From positions 45,361,215-45,425,214 of the forward strand of contig NC_090402.1 in the NCBI RefSeq assembly GCF_036365525.1: 64,000 nt of DNA, in the 5' to 3' direction. A program made the position numbers and the translations under genes. The notes beneath the pieces were generated by a model. It had not been told where the DNA came from. It worked only from the letters and a program-made list of their open reading frames with translations, and ran no database searches. How positions within the stretch are numbered: the stretch's first letter is position 1; every line of letters starts with the position of its first letter. Source of the stretch: Heterodontus francisci. Lineage: Eukaryota. Below are positions 49,617-63,050 of the stretch, piece after piece.

Positions 49617-52164
49617 CAATGAACGTCTTCCTGGATAGTGATTCTCAGGGACACAGGGGCCACTAGTTCCCTTTTACTGGGAAAAGGCATGACCTTTCCC
49701 CCAGACAGTGCAGTGGCACTAAATGGTGGTGAACGGTATTGGAGGGCAGTGTATGCCTGTACCTGTACACCGGGTGCATCTAGAGTGCGACCTAGTTTTG
49801 GGACCGGTGCCCATAGGCATTGTCCCTAGTTTGCCTGTGGATGGGGTTGACCTGCTCCTAGTTAATGATCTGGTGGGGGTGAAGGTGATGGCCCCCCAGT
49901 AGTGAAAGAAAGAGCGCAGGAGGTTAGGGAGAGAAGGCCGTGACAGGAGACGATCCTCTGCAGTTTCCCTGAATGTGTAGTAGATCAGGCCATGATCAAA
50001 CCCCCAAAGGAGACTGCATTGGCATTGCAGACAGATGACCAGGTCTGTCTGACTGAGGCTTTCTTTGGAAAGTTAAGAGACCCAGGGAGTGAATTAAATG
50101 GATTTTCCCTAGCTGAGGCTCAGTGAGCCGACCCAGTATTGAGAGAGTTAGCACAGGCTGTCCAGTCTGAAAGTGAAGCAGAGGGAGTCCCTGATTGCTA
50201 ATATTTAAAGAATGGGGTACTGATGAGGAAATGGAGTTCCGCTCACAGACCTGGGAGCAAGGAGTGGACAGTAGTTCACCAGTTAGTGGTGCCGCAGGGG
50301 AACCGGAGAGAAATATTAAGTGTGGCCCATGGGATTACAGTGGCTGTACATGCTGGTGAAAGATCAAAGCCCGCTTAAAACAACAGTTTGACTGGCCAAA
50401 ACTCCACAAAGATATTGTGGAGTACTGCAGGAGTTGCCACATATGCCAGGTTGAGGGGAAACCCCAATCTACATTGAAACCTACACCCCTAAGTCCTATA
50501 CTGGTGTTATACCAGCAGAGGGCTGGTAAACTGTAAAGGACACCTGTCGAGAACAAAAGGGGACAGGTAGGCACATGGCTGGGAAAAGGTTAGACAGGGA
50601 AGGGGGAGAAAAGGAAGTCTGGGAGGAATTCCAGATGAAAACCCCTACTGTCTGGTCAGGTAATCGGGAAAAATGTGAAAAGTTAGACCCCACATCCTCC
50701 TATGTAAATGCAGACACTAGAAGCACCCCACCAGAGTTGCTAACAACATTTACAGGAACCTGCAGAGACAAGGAAAGACCTCTAGGGGGCAGAGTAACTG
50801 CAAGAGTGATGCCTCACATAGTCGAAGTGCCACAGGGGAGGGCAGTAGAATCTGCACAAATACCTGCAGGCAGGAGTGTCCTCTGGGACAAAGGGGAGAT
50901 TAGCAAAGAATCCTCCTCCACAGTCAGAACCAAAGAGAAACCACGCATCCCCCTTTTCAGACCTCAACAGGAACAAAGACCCTCGACATTGAAAATGAGC
51001 AAATGGAAGAGAAACTTCACAAAAACAAAAAAGAACTACATGTTTGTTGGGATGCCAAAAAGGAGGCAATTAAAGCTGCTCTGGCACCAAGAGAAGACAG
51101 ACTGTAATAAGTTTTAGGATTTATGAATGAATCAGAATGAATGAGAAAAATGCATGTTTTCTTTTCTGTATCTTACATTTTTCTCTCGTCCCTTTTAATG
51201 AAAAGCACCTTTTCTCAAATCGTATTTCATTCCTCTGGGTGTGGAGGTGTCATGCTAGGCCCCACCTGCCAAGAATGAGGCACATTAATTTTGTCATGAA
51301 CATTGATTTTAAACTGTTACTGGAGTGAAGAAAGGACTTGTTAAACAGGTCAGCCATGGCTGGAAAAGACTTGTGCATATTAACAGACAGTGGAAGGACA
51401 AACCAGCCATTCCCTTGACACATTCAACCCACAATGGACTTTTGATCACCAGGCGTTGAAGGTGGGGGAGCTCGCATTCCAGGTTGACGACTAAGATGGC
51501 CGAATACACAAATGGACATGGTCAAACTAGCTAATCACATGATTAACCTGCTGGGCAACTTGAGTTTTTTGAATTTGTACAAACAGTTTGGGTAGAAAGC
51601 AGAATGCTCCTGGAATGAGAAGATCTTTCCTGACTGGCTCTCCATAGCCTCTCCTATCTGCCTACTCCCATCTCTTTCTCACAAGCCTCTGAATCCACTG
51701 AAGATACATGAACCCCAAGACAGAAAAGTCTCCTACAGCGAACAAGGTTTCAGCAGAATACTGGGCCCCAATGAAATGCAAGATCTGCCTACAATCAACG
51801 ACTCTACAGTGAACTCGAAGAACCATAACATAAAACTCTTCAGATATTGCTCAAACATTTCCACTTTATTTTTCTTCTGCTCTTTTCTGTCTCTATTTGC
51901 ATGTGTGTATCGTGTATGCATACTAGCGTAGGCATCAACCGAATTAGAGTTTACGTTCAAGTTTTACAAATTTCAACTTTTCTTCTTTAAACCTAAAAAA
52001 TGCTGTTTGTGCTGGTTTCTTTGCCTTATAATTGGAAAGTGGTGAACAAGGATTCACCAAAGGGGAGCTAAAAACACGGGGCATTTAAAATTAAACCCTG
52101 TTACAGTAAAATCAGGTGAAGGCTGCAAGGGAACTCAAGACCTCTTTCTCACCTGGATGTAACA
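49617..52164 (+). mobile_element. Gypsy remnant: protease/IN fragments, PPT and 3' LTR (51248-52164)
   Basis: ILRDTGATSSLL; H..WPKL..YCRSCHICQ; the LTR matches the solo LTR at 63051-63935. Confidence 0.85.
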
Positions 52165-53149
52165 CATTGCAGAGCCATTGGCAGACAATTGAGGATTCTA
52201 CACAGTGCTTGTGCTTTGTGATGACTCAAGGTTTTGAGCACGAGCTCCTCCATTGAGAGAGTGATTAACATCTTGGAGAGTCATATGCAGCACCACTCTG
52301 AGTGGGTGCAAGAGCAGCACACTGACATACACAGAATAAGTGAGACTCTCTGTAGCATTGACTGATCAGTGTCATTGATGGTGCAGAGATGCTTGGAGTG
52401 GATGCCAGCTGTCTCCCAACCCGTGGCCTCGTCCAGCATGCAAAGGTACCATGAAAGGGCTGAGGCAGTTGAAGAGACCGATGAGTTGCCCACCCGTCAG
52501 TGGACATTGGCATCATCCCTCACCTCCATGGCCCCTCTAACTGAGGAACCACCCATGCAGCAGGGCCTTGTGTCAAAGGCTGCCCTTGCAATGACCCAGG
52601 AGCAGGCAAAGCAGCCTGTGGAGAAGCCCCCATGAGACACCTCCATGATGAGGACAGAAACCACAGGCCACTCAGCTGTGAGCAGAGACAAGGGAACAGG
52701 CTGCCTCCACCTCATCCTCAGTCACAAGGGGAGCACCCCATAGAAGTGGACGGGAATGGAAGGCACCAACTCATTAGATACATTTTATGAGTCAGTTGGG
52801 TGATGTTTTCTCAGTTTGTATGTCCATTGAATTCTCATTTATTATATTTTTTACTATGCCTGCAAACAGACTTGTGTGTTATCATTGCTTGTTGTCAGAA
52901 GGGACATTGAGTTCAGGGCCGGTGGCGGAAGGAAGGGCTGAGGTTCATGCTGTGCCATGGTGTGAGTTGAGGGAGACTGTTGGCAATGGAGACCCCAGTA
53001 TCAATCAATGTGGGTGGCCCTTGCGGCCATGCCAGCCTGCCGATCACCGTGAGCCCTGGGATGGCCTTGGCAGACTTCCTCCAATGCCTGGGCACTGGGC
53101 TCCTCTAGAGTGCCCCCTTCCTCCTCCTCTTCCTCCTTCCTGTCCTCCT

Positions 53150-54100
53150 CTGAGGAAAAGCGGCATTCCAGGTCCTTCTCTTCATCCAGCGCCAGAATCC
53201 TTTGAATTGTCATGTTGTGCAGCGTGCAGTGAATGACCACAATATGAGACACCCTGGCTGGCTTGTACTGGAGGACACCACCTTACTGGTCAAGGCAATG
53301 GAAGTGCATCTTCCAGATGCCAATAGTCTGTTCAATGCAGTTTCATGTTATTAGATGGCTTTAGTTGTAGAGCCTTTCAGCTTCTGTGACTGGGTACCAG
53401 ACGGGCATCAGAAGCCACCTCTTCAGGGGATAACCCTTATCCCCCAGCATCCACCCAGGGAGTCTGGATCTTGGCCTGAAGAGGTGCAGCACCTGGGACT
53501 CTCCAAGGATAAAGGCATCATGTCATCTGCCCAGGAACCGAGCGCAGACCTGCAAGATCCACTTCCTGTGGTCACAGACCAGTGGACATTCAACAAGTGG
53601 AAGCCTTTTCTGTTCAGGAATCTGACTGGCTGGTCTGTCGGTGCCTTGATGGCTACATCGGTGTAATGATGACTCCCTGGACCTGAGGGAAACCATCAAT
53701 GGCAGCAAAGCCCAATGCCCTCTGTGCCTGTTCTGGCCCATCTGTCTCAAAATGGATGTAGTTCCCCACCTTCTGGAATAGGGCATCTGTGACCTGCCTG
53801 ATGGTGTGATGAGCTGCGAACTGCAAGATGCCACCCAGGTCTGCAGCTGATCCCTGGAACGACCCAGATACATAGAAATTCAGGGCAACAGTAACCTTAC
53901 TGACTGCAGGTAGGGAACTTCCATGGGGGCCGAGAGGCATCAGGTCATTTTGGACCAGAGCACAAATGTCTGAGCCCAACTGCCTGGATAGGTGCCGTCT
54001 CCTATGGTTCTGATGCTCTGACATTTGCAGGTAGCTGACACTTGAGCGGTACACCCAATGTCTTCAGTAGCACCTCCTTCCCCTTACAGCCCCCCACTGT
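53150..54100 (-). pseudogene. Harbinger DDE transposase
   Basis: VTVALNFYVSGSFQ, GFPQVQGVI, FLNRKGFH, HDAFIL, LLGDKGYPL, IEQTIG, CTLHN. Confidence 0.9.
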
Positions 54101-55267
54101 GCTTCTCTGGCCTTCTTTTGACCAGGTGGATGCATCTGCTGACGCTCCTCCTCGCTACTCTGTCCAATGTCAGGGTAGCCTACTCCCATCCCAACTCCTT
54201 CACCTGCCCCTCGGTTCACCTGGCTTCCTCTGCCCACACCTGATGCCCAAGTGATGCCAGCAGCTTCAACCATTCAATCAAGACTCCAACCATTCACGGT
54301 TCACAAATACAAGCCTCTCATTCTGCAATGGCAGCTCAATGAGACTGGTCGAGGAGCTGAGTTTATCTCCCAACTCTCACAACTGTTGACCATTAGCACT
54401 CATGGCTTCCTGCTGTGCTCCTGACAGCTGCTCCCTAACGTGACCCAGACCCTCCGTTTTTCCTGTGCCTCTGGATTGAAAACCTAAACTACTGCTCTAA
54501 AATAAGCTGTTAATTGGAGGCTTGTGGTTTGCCGGCTCCTCCCCTCTTGCCCTCCCTTTGAAAATTGCATTGTGTTCGGTGGCGTCGGGAGCTAGTGACG
54601 CCATCCGAGATCGCGATTTTCAAAGCGCGCCTGCACATAATCTTGTCCTGATGGGCTTTTGAAAATCCGGCCCTGAGAGTGAGAATGAGTGAGAGAGAAT
54701 GAGTGAATGTGAGAGATTGAAGGTGTACGAGAAAAAATGAAAGTGTGTGTGAGGGAGAGAGGGTGAGAGTCAGTGAGTAAGAATGAGAGAGAGTAGACAT
54801 ACATGTATATATAGCTTGTGGTGGATATTTTACTCCATTTTAATTATTCTTTGCCAGAAGGGAAGTCATGACAATGTTAGACAACAGTATGACTGAATTA
54901 AATAATCTGAACTAATGTGCTTTGGGGCCTATTTCTTGACTGGGAGCTTTAAGGCCTTTCAATCATAAGTATGTGGTAATCCAACTCATTTACGATTGAT
55001 TCAAAAATTATATAATTTTCAAATCAATCTCATTAAACATACCTGCAGCAGTACATTAAGCAGTTGAGTAGCGAATTTGTTAAAATTATGTCAATTTAAC
55101 CTCTCCACCAGTAATAAGCTTCTAAACCTTTGCAACTAGCTCATGAAATGTGTCTGTAAAAGGACAGAAAATATAAATCGATCAAGTAGCATTTTTCAAC
55201 ATTATGAATTATGGATTTATAAAGCAGATCCATGCAATTGTTCACTGTGGTAGAGGGTGTGGGAGAA

Positions 55268-55600
55268 AAGACAAAAGCAAAATATTGCGGATGCTGGAAA
55301 TCTGAGATATAAATAGAAAATGCTGGAAACACTCAGCAGGTCTGGCAGCATGTGTGGAGAGAGAAATAGAGTTAATGTTTCAGGTCGATGAACTTTCATC
55401 AGAACAGGAAGATGTTAGAGATGAGCAGCTTTTAAGCAAGTACAGAGCCAGGGAAAGGGGAAAGCGGAAAGGGGGAGGCAGCGAAAGAGCAACATCTGTG
55501 ATAGGATGAAGGGCAGGAGTGATTCAATGGCAAAAAGGATGATGATGCAAAGCAAAATGGAGGTTAATGGGATAATATAACTACAAAAGATGCATTCAGA
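55268..55600 (-). repeat. Penelope-like fragment (related copies at 8015-8130 and 57977-58258)
   Basis: Shared repeat containing a hammerhead-like CTGATGA..GAAAC. Confidence 0.6.
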
Positions 55601-55959
55601 AACAGAAATTGCAGTTGTTTGTTTCAAACCATAAAAGTCTCTATAGAGGCAATTTTCCTTAGCTTCTTGTCCCATGTGCACCTACTCTGCTCTGATGGTT
55701 CTGTGCACTGACCTCTCTCCATGATGTACGGCAGTTCCAAAAGATCCTTCACTCATTACTGTGGAGAACTTAGAGAAGCACTGCTGCACATTCTCCAACA
55801 ATTCTTGTAGGGTGGATAACTCTATCCCAAAGGGTATCATGAAGGCCCTTCCAAAGACAGGTCCAGTAGGATACCAATCCCTTGTCCACACAACAGGGGG
55901 ATGGCTCAGGCTGGACTCCTGGACAGCTGTTTGGAGCCCATCACCACCATCAATATTAT

Positions 55960-56340
55960 AGGGATCCCATTTGGCATATCTTTACATCAGGTATATTTGG
56001 AGGAAGAGGAAGATAAACATGAGGAACGTTTTGGATGCCAGGGAAGTGAGGCATCAGAGGAGGAGGAGGGAAGCTATCCACTGTCACAAGTCTTCTGTCA
56101 ATCTTAATGAAGGAGCAGTATCTTCAGAGGCTTCACTTCACTAGGGAGGGGGTCCAAGACCTTTGCAACCTGTTGCAGGAGGACGTGCAGCCACACGGAA
56201 GGGCAGGCATGGTGCTGCACTGCCACTGGGAATCAAGGTCTCCATGGTCTTGAGCTTTTTTGCCTCACATTCTTTTCAGGAGGTATTGGTGACAATGTTA
56301 ACACCAGTCCGTCAATAGCACACCATTTCATACAATAAAT
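55960..56340 (+). pseudogene. Harbinger transposase N-terminal fragment
   Basis: EQYLQRLHFTREGVQDLCNLLQ..LPLGIKVSMVLSFFASHSFQ. Confidence 0.7.
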
Positions 56341-56924
56341 AGCTGATTTCATTTAATAAATGGGCAATTTACCCATTTATATGGGTGCCTAAAAATTGCA
56401 TTCTTGTACACTTAATACATTGTAGATTTATACACTGTATTTAAAAATTGGGGTATTTTGTCAAATTATTAGACAATGTCAAAACTCTTCCAATACAGGG
56501 ACTGCTGTAGGTCAGAGGAGTACAGCTGTGATGAACTCCATGGTTAATAGCTTGCTGACATTTATCTTCTACTGGGGAGGTATCAAAGGGCAGCTAGTGC
56601 ACATGGTAGTATATCTCAGCAGGGCAGTCCTTAGGAGAGGGGAGAGAATGCTTGGATAGCATTCTGTATATGTGTTGTGAAAGAAAAGTAGGTTGATCCA
56701 GTTGTATAAATTGTTCGAGTCAGTTTCTAAGGTAATACTCAGTTTAAACTTAGACATGTTTTATAATAAACTCAATCTGTCATTATTTGTCCATTGATAT
56801 TGATGAAGACACATGGAATATTATCTCATTTTTGCTGACTGACTGATGAGACCTATTTTGCCTCAAAATGGTCAGGTACAAAAAGTAATTAAAAAGGAAA
56901 ATGGAATGTTGGTCTTTGTTAGAG

Positions 56925-57198
56925 CTAGGCAGTGAAAGGATGAATTTATGAAGCATTTCTTCACACAAAGGCTGGTGCAAAACTGGAACTCTCTCCACCA
57001 AAAAACTGTTGAGGTTAGGGCAATTGAAAATGTCAAAACTGAGATTGATAGGTTTTTGATAGGTAAGGGTCTTAAAGATTATGGAACCAAGGTGGGTAAA
57101 TGAAATTAAGAGACAGGTCAGCTATCATCTAATTAAATGACAGAAAAGGTTCAAGGGGGTGAATGGGCTACTCCTGTTCCCAAATTCCTATGTTCCTA
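56925..57198 (+). repeat. CR1 3' fragment
   Basis: ttcttcacacaaaggctggtg..ggaactctct..tatgttcct tail. Confidence 0.7.
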
Positions 57199-57239
57199 AT
57201 GAGTGTCCACAGATTGATCAGCGAATGCCAGATACACTA

Positions 57240-57800
57240 GGTTGAGGATCTTGGTTTTTCAGGTGAACCTTTCTCAGCTGTTGTTTACATTTAGCACCAG
57301 CAATGCGACAGGTCTCGTAGTAGGAGATGACCTCGTGGATGGTTTCTTGCAATGCTGTCTTATCTTGTTGTCACTTACGGACATTTATTTGGCATTGTTT
57401 CAGAGTCACTTCTAAGCAGTTTTTTAAAAATCTTTTGCAGTCCACCACAAATCACTTCGCAGCTGTCAATGCATTATAAAAGGGCTTCTTCAGGATTTGT
57501 TCATCAGACATTCGCACCACATGATCAGAACATTCATGCTTAGCATGTCAACCTTTTTAAGAGCTTTGTTGTCAGGAATCATGTCTTGCCATCTTCGGTT
57601 CCATTTCTTAATGTGTCGTGAATATATTGTCCAAATTTTACACGCGGGTGATCAGAACGGCAGCCCCCTACACTTTTAACTTGGTCTGTAGGCTGATGTC
57701 TCTCTTATGCCAATGTAAACACCCCCAGCTATCAATATGTGTTGAATGCATCACTACAGAAAATAATATTCATCACAGTTCACGTGCGAGCCATTGAGGG
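57240..57800 (-). repeat. Old RTE-like LINE 3' fragment
   Basis: rc DISLQTKLKV..; HVIRMSDEQ.PEE. Confidence 0.5.
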
Positions 57801-58334
57801 TTGGGCAGGACCCACTTCACTGTCTTATCAGTTACTATGCAAAACTTGTGCTATTGATCAAAGAAAATCGTTTCAAATTACATTGTGTCTCAGTTCCAGT
57901 TGGAGTAAATAGTGAAGAGTACAAATTCCTGGTCAGGATTAGCATGGTATTAATCATGAATACTTGCTTTTCATTAACAAAAACAGAAAATGCTGGAAAT
58001 ACTCAGCAGGCCAGGTAGCATCTGTGGAGCGAGAAACAGAGTTAATGATTCTGGTCAATTACCTTTCATCAGAAATGGAAAAAGTTAGAGATGTAACAGT
58101 TTTTAAGCAGGTACAGAGACAGGGAAGAAGGGGGAGGGAGGAGAACAGAACAAAAGGGAAGGTCTGTGATAGGCTGAAAGGCTGGAGAGATTAAATGACA
58201 AAAAGGATGATAGTGCAAGGCAAAAGAAGGTGGTAATGGGACAAGTAAAGAAAACAAACTTGCTTCATTACCTTACTGTAGTGCTCTACAAAAGCCATTA
58301 GATACTTTCATCACAATGAATAATTCAACTTGTT

Positions 58335-58772
58335 TCAGTGGCATAATTTTTCCTTCTGAATCACAAGGTTGTAGGATCAAGCCCATGGACAGTTACCTGA
58401 GTATAAAATGTAGATGAACACTCTAACGCAGGACTGAAGGAATAGCTGCATTGTTGTAGATGCCATTTTTCAGATGAGATATTGTACTGAAGTCCCATTT
58501 GACTGTTCAGGTGGATGTAAAGTTCCCAAAGTGCCATTTGAAGAAGAGCAGGGAAGTTCCCCTGAGGTCGTGGCCAATATTTATTGCTCAACCAACACCA
58601 CCAAAAACATTATCCAGTCATTATGTGATTGCTGTTTATGGGAGCTTGCTACTCACAAACTGGCTGCCACTTTTCCAATATTACAACAGTTCCTACTCCT
58701 TCAATATAATGAATTTGCTGTGAAGTGCTTTGGGATGCCTTGTGGATGTGAAAGGTGCTATATAAATACAAA
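58335..58772 (+). mobile_element. DeuSINE
   Basis: Deu domain similar to 28055-28432. Confidence 0.75.
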
Positions 58773-59744
58773 TTATTTAATATAGACGCCCCCTTAAAGC
58801 CACCTTCAGCAAATCTGCAAGTTTTGTAAGACCGCAAATTTTGCTTCAGGCGATCTGAAGAAATGTTCTTTTCATTAAATGTCAAGTTGACTACCTAAAA
58901 CATGCTAAAATTAAAATTACAATTAACTTTTAAAACTTTTCAGCTGCACCAGTACAAAAATATCAACTTAAGCCCAACTATGGATGTGAATAGCGACTTG
59001 TTTCTTCCCCTTATCTGATTAAATGACTCCACTCAGCTGTAAATACCACCTGGCCTTACGTCATGATCATTTGAAGCTGACCTTATAATGAAGTATTTCC
59101 TATGGATTAGATTAGGCACACGCTTATCTGAGTCTGGTTTTCTGAGTTGCAATTTAGTAAGAACTGGCACACTCTCAATGAATCTTTTGAGTGAGTTATC
59201 TATTCCTATTCAAAGCTTGCCAAAGCTACCAGCTGAAAGGAGAAAATGTTTGTTACATGCTGGAGAATCGCTATGTTTTTTTAGCTTAGACCTATAGGGC
59301 AACTCCACTGGGCTTACTGCTGAATAGAATTTTGCACAAGACTTGTCCTTGACTTTTGGAAGCCAGGCTATTCCAACTCAGTGATGAAGAACAATGTGGA
59401 GGGATAAACATTTGACGTCTTGGTCATAGGGTAAAGTCCAGTGATTGCTTTGCTGGTGTCACAGTCATGAGAAATGGAGTGATGAAAACACAGAAACAAA
59501 CTGAAAAGTCATCAAAAATTCGAGCAATTTTTAAAAGCAGAGTGTTTCCTGACAACGCAAAGCATAGGCAGAGCAATTGCCGACATCATCAGTGCGTCCA
59601 AACGTTTGCCTGCTTGCCAGTATGGGTCTGTGTTTTTTTTTGCAGTACCTAGTAACCAAAGCCCTTGAACCCTGCTCAATATTGGCTGATGTGTGTTTAA
59701 TGGGACACTGTAGAAGGAGCTTTACTCTGTGCTGAGTAACTTTT

Positions 59745-60960
59745 TAAAAAAAAATTTTACTCTATATCGAACCCCGTTTTTTTTTATAAGGTGGCCTTTA
59801 TACCCCAGGCCCCTTTTATATATTTCATGTCGAGGGGGCCTTTATTCCTCAGGCCCCCTTTATATACATATTTATATTTTTAAAATAACTTTATTAAAAA
59901 CAGATAAATAAACCAAAAACTCAAATTAAAATGCCATTTTCGGCGTCAACAATGCACCCAAGTCCCTGTGGTGCCCACCAGTCGCGGAAGGCCTCAAGCA
60001 TACCGGCGGACACCACATGCTCCTTCTCCAGGGACACCTGGGCGCGAACGTAACCACGGAAGAGGGGCAGGCAATCAGGGAGAACGGATCGCCGGCGGCC
60101 GGCAGCCTGGACCTGTGAATTGCCACCTTGGCGAGGCCCAGGAGCAGACCGACGTGGAGATCCTCCTCCCGGCCCATGCCCCTCCGCACCGGGTGCCCAA
60201 AGATGAGGAGCGTGGGACTGAAGTGTGGCCAGAACTTGAGGAGCAGCCCCTTCAAATACTCAAAGAGGGGCTGCAACCTCGCACACTCCATATATACGTG
60301 AAACACGGACTCGTCCAGGCCGCAGAAAGTACAGGCAGCCTGGGAGTCCGTGAACCTGCTTAAAACTCTATTGCACGGGACTGCCCTGTGCAACACCCGC
60401 CACCCCAGGTCCCTGATGTGAAGGGGGAGGACTCCCGCGTAGAGAGACCTCCATCAGGGTTTCCTCTCGCCGCCAAATGGCAACGCGGACCGCCAGGGCG
60501 TGTCCGGCCGGCTGACGAGGGCGAGGAAGTGGAGAGTGTGCAGGAGCAGCCCGTACAGGAAACCCCTCCATGCCAATTGGAGAGGCGGCTTGGGTTGTGC
60601 GGGACCGGCTCCCAAGGAGGGTTTCGGGGCCTGGGTCCAATGAGCGCTCCCGGCCGGGCGGGAGTCAGCTCGGCCGGGAGTGCTCCGCTCTCCCGAGCCC
60701 CCTCGCCACCCGCAGTGAGGGGCGTCCCGGGGGCTTCAACTACTCCTCCGCCTGCCGGTCCATCCCCGGAGTCGGCCGCCCAGACAGCCAAGGCGCTCTC
60801 CTCCGCCGGCGGGGGAGCGCCCTGACTGGAGGCGACCATGTTCCAGACTCGGAATAGACCCTGGTAAAAGACAGGCAACTCCCTTAGAGAGGCGCGGCTA
60901 ACGGTCTCCGCGGGAGCTGCGTGTCGTCTTGAAGGCAGTGACACCGGCGAAAAAAATACG
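59745..60960 (-). mobile_element. Tx1-type LINE 3' fragment
   Basis: zf-RVT motif LHRAVPCN..CTFCGLDESVFHVYMEC; LPVFYQGLFRVW. Confidence 0.85.
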
Positions 60961-61720
60961 TCGCCAGCGCATATGGGTCTGTGTATGCGTGCATCAATGA
61001 AATGATGTCAGCTGTAATGATGTCCATGTGCTGCTTCACTCTTCAATGACCACGATCGCCTCCATCCCCTCCAACAATACCCCACTCCTGCCTGCAATTG
61101 GCACAGCAATCAGTGCTTCTCTTCCCCACTCCCTCCCGTGGTTCTCTCTCGCGCCCGCCTGCTGGAGACTGCTCCCGCCTGGTCGCCACTCCGTTTCACT
61201 GATCCCGACTGCTCGCCACTCCATCCCACTACTTGCTTCCCGCCTCACCGCTAACACCCCGCTCGCTCCCCCCCCAAAACCTCCGCTACTGTGGGCGACG
61301 AGGTGAGAAGAGTGTGGCGGGTTGGAGTGGCGAGCAGTCGGGAGTTGCAAGAAGGCAGGTGAGCGAGGGAGTGGGGAGGAGAAGCGGCAATCACAGGCGG
61401 GAGCAGGAAACAATGCAGCGGTTGAGGCGGCGATTGCAGGAAGGAGTGGGGAACAGAAGCAACGATCGCAAGAGGAAGTGGGTTACTGTTGGGGTCTGTG
61501 GAGGTGGCAATCACAGCTATTGAGGGATGAGGGGGCTCGAGTTCAATTTGTTTTCTGTGTCAAATTGAGCAGCGCCATTTTTATTACTGGCAGCTGCTTG
61601 AGATGTTGTAGACGGTGACGTTTCTGTCCATGAGGCTGCATCTGCACATATGCCAGTACTGCACCACCTAGTGGTTGCATTGTTAGCAAATGTCACCTTT
61701 TAAAAAACTGGTACATTTGC

Positions 61721-62705
61721 TGTCAACAAAATGGAGGACATATCACATGACCGATACAAACTCCTACCCTAAAATACACATTCATGTCTACCAGAACTAA
61801 AATCAATTAATCCCGTCTGCATGGAAATGAGACAGCCTATCACACATGGATGTGAGCTATACATAAAATGAGCTAAAACTAAGGTAGTCCTAGACTACAT
61901 GTCACCAGCTACCCTTCACCACATTAGAGTGTGAACAGCTTTCACATTATCAAAATGGGGCCATCAAAAGCTATTGTATGAGCCCATCAAGAACTGAAAC
62001 CTAAAGTCACATGGGTGAAAATAACACTTATGAGCTTATCTTTAAAGGTAATTGTTTTGAAGAACAAAGGTGTCTTTCCAATTCAGAACATCAGTCATCT
62101 ACATCAGCCTGGTCTCTCCAGCCACATGGTCAACATCAAATAGCATCTTTAACTCCAGCACCAGAGAGAGAGCGAAAGATCAATTGCAGTCAAGATGTTT
62201 GGACACTGCTGAGATAAGTTGAAAGTCAACTACAGCAGAGAAAAGAGAGTGCCTTTTAAAACCACTCCTCCAACTGTGAAAACTGAACTAAGAATATCAG
62301 CACCCTCTTCAAACTGAAGTGAGCCAGCAGAAGCCTTCAGCAACCTAGCAAAATACAAGACAACCAGCAAACAGGCCTGCAACTTTAAAACTTACCTTCA
62401 AAGGTGATCCCACAGGTTTTTCCTGAAAACAGCAGACTTTACACATTGAACTCTCAATGCCTTGTGCCTTTTACCTTCTATCTATCTTCTCTTGTGTGTG
62501 CCTGTGAAAGTGAATGTGGGCATGGGTGGTATTGCGAACATTTTGGGTGATGAATATTGTTCAACAAATATTTAATCTTTTTTAAATGTATGAGAAAACC
62601 TGTCACTGTCTGTTTATTTGGCCAATGAGATACAGCTGCTGAAACACTAATTTAAACAAAAACACAGTGGAAGCCAGCCATGCTATCACCCATCCATCCA
62701 TAACA
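61721..62705 (+). mobile_element. Old solo LTR related to 40905-41908
   Basis: Shared blocks (gacatatc.., gaacatttt..gaatattgttcaa); ends taaca; no TSD seen. Confidence 0.6.
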
Positions 62706-63050
62706 CTAGTGACATTTCAGATATAGGCATCACTTGGCTGTTCCTGCCTTTTGATTCTTTAATCACTGGATAAGTTTATATTAAAAAGCACAACCTTGAG
62801 GTGTGTTAGCATCAGATGTACCTAAAGGAGGAAGATTCCGGCTAGTTCAAACCATTGTCTATACTTAATTGACAACATGCAATGCCAGGTGAGTTGACTC
62901 TCAGAACAACATAGGAAAATTAGGAACAGGAATAGGCCATTCAGCCCCTCAGGCCTGCTCCACCATTCAATTAGACTGTGACTGATCTGTCCAACAACTC
63001 CAAATCCTTTGATACCCTCGCCCAACAAAAATCTATCTCAGTCTTGACAG

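Larger units (their letters stand above)
47008..54673. mobile_element. Complete PIF/Harbinger transposon with nested insertions
   Basis: Perfect 14-bp TIRs gggccggattttca / tgaaaatccggccc; 3-bp TSD tga; convergent Myb/SANT and transposase genes. Confidence 0.92.

Noticed and set aside
50575-51117. 180-aa ORF
   Set aside because: Lies in decayed Gypsy internal sequence; no recognisable domain
60360-61620. GC-rich overlapping ORFs or a CpG-island gene
   Set aside because: Explained by the Tx1 fragment and an adjacent GC-rich repeat-like stretch; no host domain recognised
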